From Chara braunii (lineage: Eukaryota > Plantae > Charophyceae), in the NCBI GenBank assembly GCA_003427395.1, contig BFEA01000001.1, forward strand, positions 5,455,069-5,519,068: a DNA stretch of 64,000 bases, in the 5' to 3' direction. The notes beneath the pieces are model-generated. The model was not told the origin of the DNA, ran no database searches, and was given only the letters and a program-made list of their open reading frames with translations. Shown here piece after piece: positions 25,636 to 38,635 of this stretch (position 1 is its first letter; the number at the start of each line of letters is the position of its first letter). The translations under genes were made by a program, and so were the position numbers.

Positions 25636-27284
25636 TGTGACGAACCGATTTTTGTTCCGCGTGACTTTCTGCGTGATAACAATGAGGGGTCCTAAGCTAG
25701 GAAGGAGGGGCCAATTACGGAAGATCAGGATTGAGGGAGAATTGCATCAGTGTCTTCGCTTTTTCGTCTTTTCTCTTCGTCGCTTCTTTTCGGATGGCGG
25801 GATTCAGGGCCGGGCAAGTCCCGGGATGATCGATTGAGTGTCGCACCAACAGGACGCGAATAATAAGGGTTGACTTCACTTCTTTTCTGTTCTGTTGTCG
25901 GAATTTGGGCGCTGAGATCGCGCGAGAATTGTTGCTTCGTTCTTTTTTAATCTTTTTTTTGCATCTTGTCGAGCCCCAATGGCTCTCGGAATTTCGGACT
26001 TTCCTTTCGGTATTCGTGCTTTTTACTTTTTCTGCATTAGATAGAAATTTAGGAATTTAGGATTTTTTTTTGCCGCGCAGCGCTTGCGCGCTTCTTCTTG
26101 CGGCTGCAACGGAGCTCTGATTAGTCGGCACCCTTAATAGTGTGTGTAGCTGTAATTTTGGGCGGGCGTCATTGTAATTGTATCTTTCTTCTTGAACTTC
26201 GTCTTTTCCGCTCTCGCTTTTCCTTTTGCAGTGTCTAGCTATTTCGCGGACTTCATGCTCGGATCGATGCGTGGAGAGAGGCTACGTCCCCCACACCACG
26301 ATCTGGCCATGCAGAGCGCAGACACTCCCTCTCCTAATCCCCGTTCTAAGTCCTTGCAATTCCGTGTTCTTCGCGCATGCATGCACGTTATAAATTCCAG
26401 CTGCGCGATTAGATAGCTCTCTTAACCAGTTGTTGGAAGCTTGGGGTAGCGCGATCAGTGAGGGTTGGCTCACGAGCAAAGTAAGAGGTGAGTTGAAGTG
26501 GGAGTCGGGCGACCCGACGAGCTGGTGTCGAACGCGCGGGGTTGATGTGGGCCACGGCGGACTGTGGGCGCGGGCGAATCTGACGGGTGCGGGAGGACTA
26601 AGCGGGGTGATGACTTCGTGGGTTGGTGCGTGACGACGGACTGTCCGCATCGGAGAGAGAGAGAGAGGGAGCTGAGGTTGATGGACGTGGATTTGAAGTT
26701 TTATTTGTCTTTTCTCCCTCCTTGCTTTTGTATATAAATTTTGATTTCGGCTCAGGGCGATTCACCCGTCTCCTTTTGTTTTCGGAATCTCGGCTTGGTT
26801 TCTGCCCACACTCGTTTTGCGGTTGATCTCGATTTTGTTTATTGCGTGTTTTGTTGAATAAATGGATGAATGAATGTTATGTCTGTTGCGTGTCTTTTTG
26901 CCTGATCCTTGCCTTTGACTTGTCGTTTTGATACACTCATGAGCATAATATGAATATTTTTTTTGCGTAGTCGTCAATACTGCTTCCATTGCTGTTTATC
27001 CCCTTTTGGGTTACTGTTGTTGTTGCACCTTGCATGCTCAGGAATGAGAGTGTACGGGATCATGGAGTAATTAGGTGATGGGGTAGTGTTTGTCTAGAGA
27101 CAAGCGAGTACCTCGCGGGGATGCTTGTAAGCGCGGTCTGATTTGCTCAGGAACTTTGCCACAGGAGATCTCAGTTCCGACCTGGGACTCCACCCCCACT
27201 TTCCCAAAAATTCTTGGCACACCCCTTTTCGCATTTCCAGGCCCACATCCCACCCCGATCAGGAAGTCGCGCTGGGTGTGAGGT
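25636..27284 (+). repeat. 5' LTR, internally deleted relative to the 3' copy
   Basis: Starts TGTGACG; highly similar to 42626-44863; lacks ~600 bp and the terminal gggcgtcaca; followed by PBS. Confidence 0.9.
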
Positions 27285-27297
27285 TGGTATCGGAGCC
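27285..27297 (+). promoter_or_regulatory. Primer-binding site, initiator tRNA-Met type
   Basis: tggtatcggagcc versus consensus TGGTATCAGAGC. Confidence 0.85.
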
Positions 27298-27429
27298 CGA
27301 CAAGTGGCAGGGTTCTAGGATTCATAGCTGGGCAATCTGGCTAACAGGGGACGACCTCGACCCCGAAACGCGCATCGACGTGATCCCGTCGTCACCAGAA
27401 GCCGGTCTGTGGCTCGACGGACGGTCAAT

Positions 27430-28145
27430 ATGAATGCTAATCAGCAGAACCCCCAACAAAACCCAAATCCCGAGCAGAATCATTATCAACCCGCACCACG
27501 AGCACGGACTCTCATGACGCCCCCTGACCTCTATCTGTTTGATCATGCGCATCATCTTGCTGGAGAATGGTTGGCCACGCTTCGGGCACATCAGTATGAT
27601 GACAACGAGGCTCAGGTAAACATTCCCGCTCGATTAGGGGGGGATGCTCATCATTGGTTTAGTACCTATGTATGAGTGGATCTCCCGACCTTCGAGCGAG
27701 ATTTTTTGAATAGGTTTGATTACATCCATCCGGAACAAACACTCTTCATGATTAAAGATCGAGTCCACAAACCCCTCGAGTCTGTCACGGAATATTGAAA
27801 CCGTTTTTACCGAATGTTTGTGAAAACAGAGCGAGGTGACCAAGTAGGAAGAGATTTGTTCATCGACGGACTTTGCAGCAGAACGATGAGGGCGAAACTG
27901 CGAAAACAGTTGACCCCCATCAATCACACGCTGCAGCAGATTATGGTTGCTGCAGAAGAAATGGAGCGAAAGTTTGCTACGAGTTTCCTAGAAGGGGAAG
28001 ATTACCCTAGGGAAGGAGACTCGTCTGAATTAGCCAGGGCTAAGGCTGAGCTGGCCGCGTTGCAAAACAAGTTTGAAAACATGGGGTTTGTATCCGGACC
28101 AGTTACCTATTTAGAACAGATTACCCCTAAACGGTCAGTCCCAAA
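27430..28145 (+). pseudogene. gag: Degenerate retrotransposon gag (capsid-like region plus coiled coil), interrupted near 28146
   Basis: RLGGDAHHWF, FERDFLNRF, ESVTEY, LFIDGL motifs in one frame with two in-frame stops. Confidence 0.8.
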
Positions 28146-31100
28146 TGTGATTGCCAACGTTGTCGGCGTGAATACCCTTACAAGGGTATTCGCCCTGGTT
28201 TTTGCATGCGACAGGGAATAGGCTTGGCTTAGGATTTAAGTGTTCCGCGCGAGGCGCGGCTACGTCCGTGGTTTACGACGGCAGGGTGGTCGACTAGAAT
28301 AGAGAGTGTGTGGGCGCGCGGACTTTCGAGGCGCGCGTGATCTTTTGTTCGTTGATGACTGAAGAGTCGGCGGCGTGGTCGCCGGCCGGATTTTTGTTCG
28401 GATTATATAAAGACTAAAAGGATTATGCCTCGTTGATTAATGTGCTCACCTGTGACCTGCGCGTACGTACAGAGGATGGCATCGATAACAATGTGACTTC
28501 TGAAGGTGTCTCGGTAGCTTGGCGCATCGTGCAGTGTCTGTTTATTTAGGCGTTCGCCGAAGGTAGGCTTAGACTTGGGCTTAGCGTTATTGGTTACGAC
28601 ATTGGACTTATATGGTGGAAGTATGGGGTTCGAGGCTAGCGGGCGTCGATGCAGGAACAGTGGAGCATTGGAAGGGCTGAGGGGTTGTGGATCCCCTGGG
28701 ACTATCCTGCTTAGTTTTGTCGGGGGAGTCCGATCACGGGCCCGCTTGCAGGGCCGAGGAAAAGCATTGGAAAGTCTCGAGCCCCAGTCCCCTTAATTTT
28801 CTCATTTTTAATATTTTTTTTGGTTGGTTCTAGATTTATTATTATTACGGTTCTTTTATTTTCTGTATGGGCCCGACACGGGTTTCAGGGAGCCGCGGGG
28901 CACTGCCCTTGTCGGCGTCCTTCGGGGCATCCGTTAAAAGTTGGAACGATACGGGAAGGATTAGCCTGTTCCCTGCGCAAAGACAAAGTGTATAAATCAT
29001 CAAGAGGTCCGACAACCATCTGTTTTTCGGATACTTGACGACTGTCGGACCTCAAGAAGTCGACGGGGCCGAATGAAGGGCGCAGTAGGGCTGTCGTAGC
29101 TGAGTAGAGCAAAGGCGCGGAGCGGGGAAACGGGCGCTGCAGGAGTAACGGAGGACGAGGTAGGAATGACGTTGCCTAAAGGTGAGCGGGAGGATGGCCC
29201 AGAGAGGCGGGATCGATGGGGTCGAGCCAGGTAGCAGACGTCGGCATCAGACGGAGCGAGGCGGTGAGAGGGGAAATAAACCCGGACGGAATCTAGGCCG
29301 GGTGCAGGCGCAAAGAAGGAAGGATCGGAGATGGTAGAGAGACGGGCGGGGCGCAGTGGAGGATGAGGGGCTCGCTCGTTTATGAGTGGTAGTGGACATG
29401 AGCGAAGCGGGGCGGCCTGAAGGTCGGGTGCAGGCGCGAACGGAAAGGAGAGCGGGGCCAGAGGGTGGTGGAGCAAAGAGGAAAAGCAGCGAAAGGCGTG
29501 TGCAGCGGATGAACCTGGTCGAGGAACCACGCGAGGTGCAAGTAGCGAAGGGAGTGTTGTGGGAATGGGCGACGGGCAGCTGCGGGGGCGCTGAGGCAGC
29601 AGCTACGGGCGCTAGGTAGGCGGAGTAGAGGGGAGGCGAGGAGCGACGGGCAACGGGAAAGGGCGTGCCCGACGGGGTGACAAAAATCGGGGATGAACCG
29701 GGACGGGATGACGCGGCGGGTGCATGCGGGGTATGGACAAAGGAGCAGAGTGTGGCGGAGCTACTCAGAAGGCGGGGCAGGAAAGGGATTGCTCGCCCGT
29801 TTCGTGATGAAAACGGGCGAGGGAAGATGCTAAGCCAACGTTTTGGAGGGCGGCGACTTCAAATCTAAGGTTAGTTTTAGTAGTAGATTGGTAGATTAGG
29901 AGTTAGGAAGAAAAGAATGGTGCGCGAGCTATGGTAGGATGACGAAGACAGGAAGGGGGAGGAAATGAGTATCTCGCTCGTTCCCGAACGGAATCGAGCG
30001 AGGAGAGGATCGTTTCGGGGGTTTCGAAGCCGGGCGAGCTGATTAGTGAAGTTAGTTTGGTGTAAGATTAGTAGAACTAGAGTTAGTAGAGATAGGGGGT
30101 GCGTTGAGCCATGGCGGTGAGGTAGAAGACGGGTATGGTAGAGGAGAGAAATCATAAGCTCGCCCGATCCTGAACGGATTCGGGCGATGTAAAACTCGAA
30201 ATTGGAGTTCTGGAGGGGGGCGAATGTGATAGTAATGTTAGTTTTAATGTTAGATTAGTAAGGGAGAAACTGTCCGAGAAAAGTGTGGCGCTGAGGAGTG
30301 GTGATGGTGGGAATGGCGGAAAGGAGAAAGTGATAGCGTGCCGGGTTTTTAACAAAATCGGGCGCAAAGAGATGAGAAATGGGGGTTCCAAGGATAGGCG
30401 AACCCGATGGTGCAGTCTGATCGAGGAGTCAATGGGAGGGTTTAGTACTGTGGGAGACGTGAGCTGCACGAAGTAGAAACGACCTTGCAAAGTGACTGCA
30501 CCTGTTCGCATCCTGGCGGAAGATCCATTATGATATGGACCAGTCTATCGAGGGAGGTAGAGTGAGGCCGGCCGAGCCGTGTGCACAGAGAGAGAGAGGT
30601 GGGGAGAGCTAACGCTTACGTCGTGGCCGGCTGAGGACCAGTGATGTCGGGTGAACCGAAAGTCGAGCTATGGCCCCAAGCTTAAGAAGCCAGGGGAGGT
30701 TGGCGGTGTACCCGCCCATGTTCTGGCCGTAGATTCCTTCAGTGTTGCTTATGCGGTCAGTTGGAAGCAGTGCGGGGCTAGTCGTGGTAGTGGAAACTCA
30801 CTTGCTGGCTTATTGGGGAAGGTGACCTTCCCCGACCCACCGAGCGGAGCAGCAGCAGGAGAGCAGCAGGTTTAAAGATTACCAGTCGGTGGTGCATGAC
30901 CAGTCTGCGGCAGGGATAGCGTGAGCCAGTTGCTGGGGACTCACCTGTTGATAGTATGCTGCTCATGCGATCGGGTGAAATGTATGGTTGTTCACGGCTG
31001 GCGAGGGCTGCTAACTTCTGCTGTGGCGCGACGGGTGAATAGACACAGTTGATTTGCGGTTGCCAATGCCATGCCTTGTGGTGCATGCCGTGATCGATAG

Positions 31101-31983
31101 GGCTCATGCGCATTGCTGGTATAGGCAGTGCTGTATTTACTGCAGATTACTGTGTTGTTGATGGTACGACTGTGCGAACTGCCGTACGATCGCTGCATTA
31201 CCGTGCTTGCTGCGTTTCGCTGCACGGCTCACCGAGTACCCCTATATGTCGAAATAGAGCACGCGACGCTGTGCACTGCTGAGAACAACTGTTTAGGGCC
31301 TCGTGGCTGCGGTTTCAACAGGGAGACGAAGGTATGCTGTAAGAGGAATGATCGGAGGCACGAAGGTAGATTACTGCTACGGTTTGGGGAGTTGCCAGAG
31401 AGTCAAACAACTCACAGTTTGACTTGGGTTTGGCCAAGCTATTACCTTTGGCTGCCATTGTGGGGCCCTCAGGCGCATGAAGGTAACGAGGCCCTCTCCT
31501 GCGAGTCTGTGAGCACCCTTCTTGGATTTGAGAGTCTCAAACCCGCCTCTTTCTGCCTTTCTAAGTCTAAGACTTAGTCTAGTCTATGGTTCTGAGAGGA
31601 AGGCGGCAGGCGGGATTGCAACCCGTAATCCGCGCCAAGGCCTCTGTGGGAGGTTATCCCCACCGATTGTTGGAGCTCTGCCGAAACTTAGGAGGAGTTC
31701 TGGAGGCAGGGAATTGTAAGGTAACCATTGCTTTCCCTTATAAACCCAGTATAACCCCTATCTATACACCTCCCTACGTATCAGGTGATTGGGCTGTATG
31801 CAACACTTACTTTGACTTTTTGGATTGACTTTCAGAACACAAACCAGACTAACTAAAGGAATGCATGTATAATGGCAGTTTCAGTTTCTTTGGTTGCCTG
31901 AAAGCAGATTATCACAGGGGATTGCATCAGAGGGAAGGTTGGGAGGAAGACAATTTTGCTTGCAATTGAACGAGTCTTATAGG

Positions 31984-32830
31984 GTCAGGCATCGTTTCTA
32001 AGATGAATGGCCTGACTGCTGTGTTTTGTTCTGTTTTCTGAAAAACCAAGCATTGTTTCTAAGATGAATGACTTGGTTGCTGTGTTTCTTTAATTGTGCC
32101 AGGCATTGTTTCTAAGATGAATGACCTAGGTATTTATTTCTAAGGGGTATTGTTTGCTTGACTTTTGAGGGTCAGACATTGTTTCAAAGACAAATGGTCT
32201 GGTCGCTGTTTACTTGGGTGGCTTCTGAACAATCTCTGGGTCAGGCCCAGGGTACGCTGCCTTTTTGTGTGCTAAAGACAGGGGAGCTGAATATTGTTTC
32301 TAAGACGAATGACTCATCTCTCCTTGGGTGTTTTGCTCTGAGGGAGGATTCAAGCCAAAGGACTAAACATTGTTTCTGAGACGAATGGTCTAAGTCTGAG
32401 GCCTCAGGACTATAGCGAGAACAAAGGAATAAGATTCCCTATAATGATATATATATATATATATATATGTATCTATATGCGAATAAGGCTAGTCAGGCAT
32501 TGTTTCTAAGACGAATGGTCTGGCTTTAGCCTTATCATAAGCAAAGAGAGTATAATCAAGAGTTATAACTGAAGGTAACCTGGGCAGGCTGAGCATTGTT
32601 TCTAAGATGAATGGCCCAGCCCTACGCCCTCCTTTTGAAGACTAAGGTGCAGAAAGATATATATAACTTGGCTATTTAAACAGTTCAGGGCGACTAAGCA
32701 TTGCTTCTAAGACGAATGGTTTAGTCACATGCCCAATGAAGAGAAAAGTAGTTGTGCAACCTGTTCGTGTATAACTAAGGCGGAGGGATGACATTGTTTC
32801 TAAGACGAATGACCAACCCCAATGCCCTAT
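31984..32830 (+). repeat. Array of ten stem-loops with conserved 20-nt apex CATTGTTTCTAAGA(C/T)GAATG
   Basis: Motif starts at 31990, 32051, 32104, 32177, 32292, 32368, 32498, 32594, 32699, 32792, each enclosed by its own inverted repeat. Confidence 0.92.
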
Positions 32831-33127
32831 GTAAGCTGGGTATAAAGGGTTAAATCATTGAAAGACTATGAACTATTGTTTGCTAAATTGACTCGGGGTG
32901 GCGAGAGTACTTACCTTTGTGGTTTGGCTTGCATGTGGTTGAGTGAGGTTACTATTTGGTCTGAGTTTCAGTTGACAGGTAGTTGCTTTAGAGACTCGCC
33001 ACGTGCTAGAGCGATAGGGGTTAGCTCAATTTCTGCATTTTCTGGGCTAAGTTTTTTTACTTAGATCAATTCTCGTATTTTAGGAGATCTTTTGTTATAC
33101 TTGGCTTTGTATAAATCTTGCTAAGCT

Positions 33128-33425
33128 ATTTTCCCTACGGGAAATGCTGCCGAAATTTCTGCAAATCCAAGGAGTTAGTCAAATCTTGACTTGTCTAAGT
33201 TCGACTTGTCTAAAGTTTGTATATGACTTAGTAAAAATCTGGAAAGTCTCATTTTCTAAAGGGAGTGCTGCCCAAATTTTGCTAAATCAGGGAGTTAGAC
33301 AAAAATTGAACTTTTGAGAGTCAAAGACTAGTTTTTGTTTCATATTTGCGCTGATATAAATTATGAAAAGACACTTTTCTTACGGAAAGCGCTGCCGAAA
33401 TTTTCTCAGTTTAAAGGAGATAAAT
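33128..33425 (+). repeat. Three ~120-bp-spaced units containing GCTGCC(G/C)AAATTT
   Basis: Motif at ~33147, 33267, 33391, each preceded by ttttc..gg and followed by ggag. Confidence 0.8.
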
Positions 33426-35175
33426 TATGATTTGACAGGTGGCGATTCTGGTAATCCACTCTGTATAGGGGAGATTATGTCAGGGGCTACCTTTGCTTTG
33501 GGCACTTCTTAAAGGTAGAGTCATACATAATCAATTAGAAGGATTTTTGGTGAGAATGTGTTATTGAGTTGTGTTCTCCATACACTTATGATTTTAACAT
33601 GGGGATTGACATGTCTTGTGTTACAGGTCTTCTAGATCGATTGATTCAGGACTTGGACTAGATTCAGCTTGATCCTACAAGGATCATCTTCTGTTATCAC
33701 TGATAACAGGTCGGTTGCCGATTCGTCGGTTTGCGATTCAACTCCAATCCACTACTGTCACTCAACCTAAAGGCTTTAGCCCTGTGGTTTGAATTGTTTC
33801 ATTGTGTTTTCACCCGGACTTTATTGAATGACCATTTAACTAAAGTACTGAGTTCTTATTTTGGGGAGTTGCACAAGAGTGAGGTTTGTATGACTAAAGC
33901 GAGGGGTATGAGCATAGAGAATGGTTGAAGTTGACCCCGTGTAGTGCGTTGACTTTTGTTGGGTCTTTGACGTGATTGCAGGTATGAATTGTGATTCGGG
34001 CTTTGGATGAGACTGTCTGCGATTACATACATATATGGCTGGAAGGAGTCCCACTGTGACTGTGAGAAGTGATCGTCCTATATAAATAAGCCTTATGTAC
34101 ATTTGTATATGTGTCTTAGGCATGCGCGCAACTTATTGTGATCGTGCGCAAGGGTTAGCCAGATTCTGGCTTGAGAGAAAAAGGGAGATCCCCTTTTATC
34201 CTTTGCTTCTTAGAGATTTTTATGGTCGGACGTTGATCCTGAGCTGTGATTCAAAATCATTGTCCAGGACATCCCACGCCCTAGACTCTGCAGGGAAGGA
34301 ATCTGCCTCCGTGCAGAGCCTATTTGCCCCACTCTGCAGAGAGTGCAGAAGGGGGTGTGTGGTCTTCAACCGCGCTTGGCGGTTGTCCATGGCGAGAGAT
34401 TAACCCTCAAGGCGCTTGTCACCCGACACTTGAGTGTCGAATACGACCCTCGAGATTAACGAGGACCGCACGATTATGGGCACTATATAGTACGCCATCA
34501 TTGCGACTGCTTGCGTACGCTTGCATTGCGAGTCGATATGAGTAGACCCTGCGTCCGCACAGTTTTATACTAAGTCTCGCGCGTGACGCCTACCCGATTT
34601 CCGCCGTGGAAAGTTATGGGATGACCACTGAAGGGGCTAGGAGCGTTGTCGCGTTGTTTGTGTTGTGTCGTTTCGTGTGTATGCGTGTGTGTTCCTTTTG
34701 TGTGTTTGTAGAGTGGTGTGCGCGTAGTGTGTGGGATACGTCCTAGTCGACCGACGACGAATCGCGCTTGGAACTTCAGCCCCCCAAGATGCCGGTTCGC
34801 GTGTGGGTCCGATAGGCGTATTACCGCGCGTACCCTCTATGCTACAGCGAACGAGAAACGCCCTCGGTTGGTCCACCTCTGCGATTGCAACCGAGTAACT
34901 TTCGTATTGTGGACTGGTAGCTCGGCGGGGATACGCCCACCGAAGGGACGTGACAACTCCCGTAAGGTGGAGGTAAGTTATGCCTCGCGTAGGCCCTATC
35001 CTGTCGTAGGGGCTCGCGAGAGGTATAGCTGACGCACTCGGTCGGAGCGGCCTAAGGAAGCTCCATTTGTGTGTTCGTGACGAGGTTGGTCCAACTCCTG
35101 CGTGACGTGGCCGAGAGGGTCCCGCGCTGCTACATGCGGTGTCGGGCCGATGCGTCCGACAACGTACCCGCTCCC

Positions 35176-38100
35176 ATGATGACAGTGTCCCCACCCCCGA
35201 TCGAAACCCCCTCATGACGGAATGAGTTTTTCGCCTTGCTCGAACTAACCAAAACATTGGTTAATTTGATTCAGGAGAGTAAAAAGGAGCAACGGGAACA
35301 CAATGCTCGAATCGAGGCGATGATGAGATCGATGCGACCCATCACAGTGTGTGTCGCGCCGATCCAGCACGGATTAGCTCCAACCTACCTCCAGTAGGGA
35401 TCCCGGGCAATCTGAATGTCTGTTACACATGTCACCAACCAGGGCACGTAGCCCGGCATTGCCCGCATCGACCCCCGCCACAACGAGTCGGAGTTACACC
35501 GGTAGCTGCAACACCGATCGCTAACGGGCCAGGACGGGTAGGAGCTTTGATGGAAGAAGTAGAGGGAAGCGGAACCACGATAGCAACAATGGAGGAAGCC
35601 ACGAAGCTTATTCCATTACATCAGTATGTAACACTTGGATATCCGGGGCTTGGGATGATTGGTACAATTAAAAAAGGAAAAGTGGCGGAGTAGCGACCTT
35701 CTCCAGGAGAGATGGAGTCGGGAGGACCCACTTTCGTCATGGGGGAAATCGACGTTCTAAACATCGTACGAGCCTTAGATCATTGAATCCCCCTTCCGAT
35801 CGGTCATTTGCTTTCGATATCAGAACAGGCCAACGAACGTATGATGCAGCACTGCAAAGCAAATCGAAAAGGGTTTGCTCTTACCCGAGCAGCAAACACA
35901 AAAGCGAAAGGACCAACACCAAACGAAAGTAACGTAGGCACTTTCGATCCCATACGCATAGGACTAATCCAAAAAGACGATCACTTCCTGCGGATTAAAC
36001 CCATCCCATGAAAATCCGCGGAATGCGACATCGAGGTATGGGGAATTCCATATAATGCTATCATCGATTCAGAAGCCGCTGTGTTAGCTATCTCCTTACG
36101 GGTAGTGGAGAGAGCAGGAAGAAAGAACGATCTGATTATACTTACAGAAAAGATCAGCTTGTTTCAGCAGACGAAGAGAAGATCAAAACAGTGGGGCGAA
36201 TGACTAACGTTGCCTTTCGATTAGGGAAGGTACATGCGTTGGGAGACGTCGTGGTTCTATATGTTAATACTTACGACGTGCTTTTTGGTTTTCCCGCCCT
36301 GGTAGCACTTCGCGTCAATCTGAACTTTGAAAGACGATCGATTGTCGTCCGAAATACCAGGGGAAAACCCTATGTTGTACCGACGAGACTGACTCTTCGT
36401 ACTACCGCTAACATAGCCCCGCGAGGTTCTCCCGCGATGACGGGGATTCTCTGCGTAATTACCTGGAACAACGGGCGGACATCCAAAGACGCGGACAACA
36501 GTGATGATGACGATTCAGTAATCCTGAGGATGGCGCAACAATGTATTCACTATCCCGCGCTATAGACAAATGTAAAAGTCTTGAGCCGGATTATCCAAGA
36601 TTTGCAAAGAACACAGGCAATGATTATGGGAGAACCTCTCGTACAGATTTCAAGGATGGTCGATTCTTTGAAACCCCCTCGAATCCTGTACGAAGGGATC
36701 TCCCCTCTTCTCGCCCGATACGATGACAAAAGACACTACTACGATATAACGAATCTCCCAAAATCCCTTTTGTCACCTGCAAAAGAGATTCGATTGTTAC
36801 GCTTAGGGGCAAAGACCAACTGTTTGGAACCCCCTAAGCGCCTCGAAAACGGACTCGGGATCAAGATCGCAACGAAACCTGTGTCGTGGCAAGACATTCG
36901 AGATGGAGTAACACCGGAGGAATACGTGGCCATTTGAGAACAAGATGCACAGATGATGGCCACGGTGTTTTCTTGGCGATCAGATAACTCATTCATCTTC
37001 GCGCCCCCGCCAGAGAGCACCAAGTGGGTGAATACAAAACATATCGTTGTAAGGATAAGGGATGAGTTGTATGAGTTGCACGTACCCCGATACGTACCTG
37101 ATGAGATCCACCACCTAATCGCAGACATTCTGAAAGAGTACAAAGGAGCGATTAGTGTGACGGACACAGATATTGGACTGTCATTAGTCATACAGCACGA
37201 GATCTAGACGGAAAATCATTCCCCGATTCACTGCAAACGTTACAGATATTTCCCTATGGAACGAAAAAAAACTCTCGAACAGATTCGAAAATTCGAAGCA
37301 AGTGGTTGGATCGAACCCGCCACCGGACAATGGTCGTTCCCGGTAGTATTGGTACCGAAAAAGAATGGGTCGATTCGCATATGCATTGATTATCGCAAAC
37401 TGAATGACATCACGATCAAACATGTGTACCCCCTTCCCAGGATTGATGATTTACTGGATGCGATTGGGTGTGCTAATTATTTCAGTAAGTTTGATATTCG
37501 GCACGACTTTCATTACATTCTGGTTAAGGAGGAAGATCGGTCGAAGACGGCCTTCGTACTATTTGAAGGCACGTGGCAGTGGGTCCGGTGTCCGATGGGT
37601 ATCTGCAACACGCCTGCCACGTTTCAACGGGCGATAAACGTGACGTTTCAGAACTTCGTCAACAAGACACGGCTCACGCAGGGAATGATAAACTTCTGCG
37701 TCATCGTATACATGGACGACTACCTGGTTTATTCGGAGACCTATCACAGGCATGCACAGCATATCGAGTGGACGTTGGGAGCTCTAAGAGATGCTGGCTT
37801 CAAGATCGCGCTCGAAAAGAGCGAGTTTTTCCTTTCGGAAATTTCGTTCTTGGGCTACGTAGTGACACGTGGAGGACTGCGGCCTGACTCAAGAAAGGTC
37901 GCGGTGATGAAGGAAGCTCCTGTCCCCACGTCACTGACGCAGGTTCGAGCCTTCTTGGGCTTAGCCTCGTACTATCGTCGTTTTATTAAAGGCTTCGCCG
38001 CGATTGCACGCCCTTTAACGAACCTATTACGAAAGGACCAGCCCCTTAGTTGGGACGCAGAGTGCAAACGGGCCTTCGCGACCCTTAAAGAAGCTTTGGC

Positions 38101-38635
38101 AACAACACCTATTTTGATCCGGCCGGACCCCGCGAAGCAGTTCATTCTCATCACAGACTGGCAGTCGGTGGCTATTTCCGCTATTTTAGCGCAGAAGGGG
38201 AACGACGGCCGCAAACACGTCATTGAATATGCGTCACGAACGGTGTCAGACGAGCGGAGAAATTACTCAGCCCCACAAGGCGAATGTTATGCAGTAGTGT
38301 GGGGAATCCAACACTTCCATCCGTATCTGTACGGACATAAGTTTCTCTTTGTCACCGATCACGGGCCCTTGCTAGCGCTGAAGCGACTCACTAATTACAT
38401 GGGCATGATTGGAAGTTGGGCGGTGCGCCTACAGGAATACGACTTCGACATCATCCATCGAAAGACGGAGAGGCACGGTAACGCTGGCGAACTGACACTT
38501 CTGCATCGACCAGCTAAAGTGCCTAAGGCGGAAGAGATCATCCCATGGAAGGAACCGGAATCGGCGAACGGACCCAAGTATGGACAAGGGGCAGTCCTTC
38601 CACGTGGCAAGAAGCAGGCAGGTGGCCATGGGTGA
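35176..38635 (+). pseudogene. pol: Ty3/Gypsy polyprotein remnant: zinc knuckle, protease, ~270-aa spacer, RT, RNase H
   Basis: CYTCHQPGHVARHC; AIIDSEA; intact 459-aa stretch 37256-38635 with [39 protein letters not shown]. Confidence 0.95.

Larger units (their letters stand above)
28146..34400 (+). mobile_element. ~6-kb non-coding nested segment, probably a large LTR/UTR of another retrotransposon (boundaries approximate)
   Basis: Interrupts gag at a TGTGA; no credible ORF; GC-rich block, hairpin array, then GCTGCCGAAATTT motifs reminiscent of plant Tekay/Del LTRs; no TSD found. Confidence 0.5.

Noticed and set aside
28575-31828. Protein-coding genes in the GC-rich block
   Set aside because: Short overlapping ORFs on both strands with biased composition and no recognisable motif
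31984-32830. CRISPR array
   Set aside because: Spacer lengths vary from 33 to 110 nt, spacer ends pair around the repeat, no cas genes, eukaryotic TE context
31984-32830. Hammerhead ribozyme or iron-responsive element array
   Set aside because: No CUGANGA core or CAGUGN loop on either strand
34416-34955. Short LTR (TGTCAC...GTGACA) for the PHD element
   Set aside because: No PBS after it, no TSD and no matching second copy downstream
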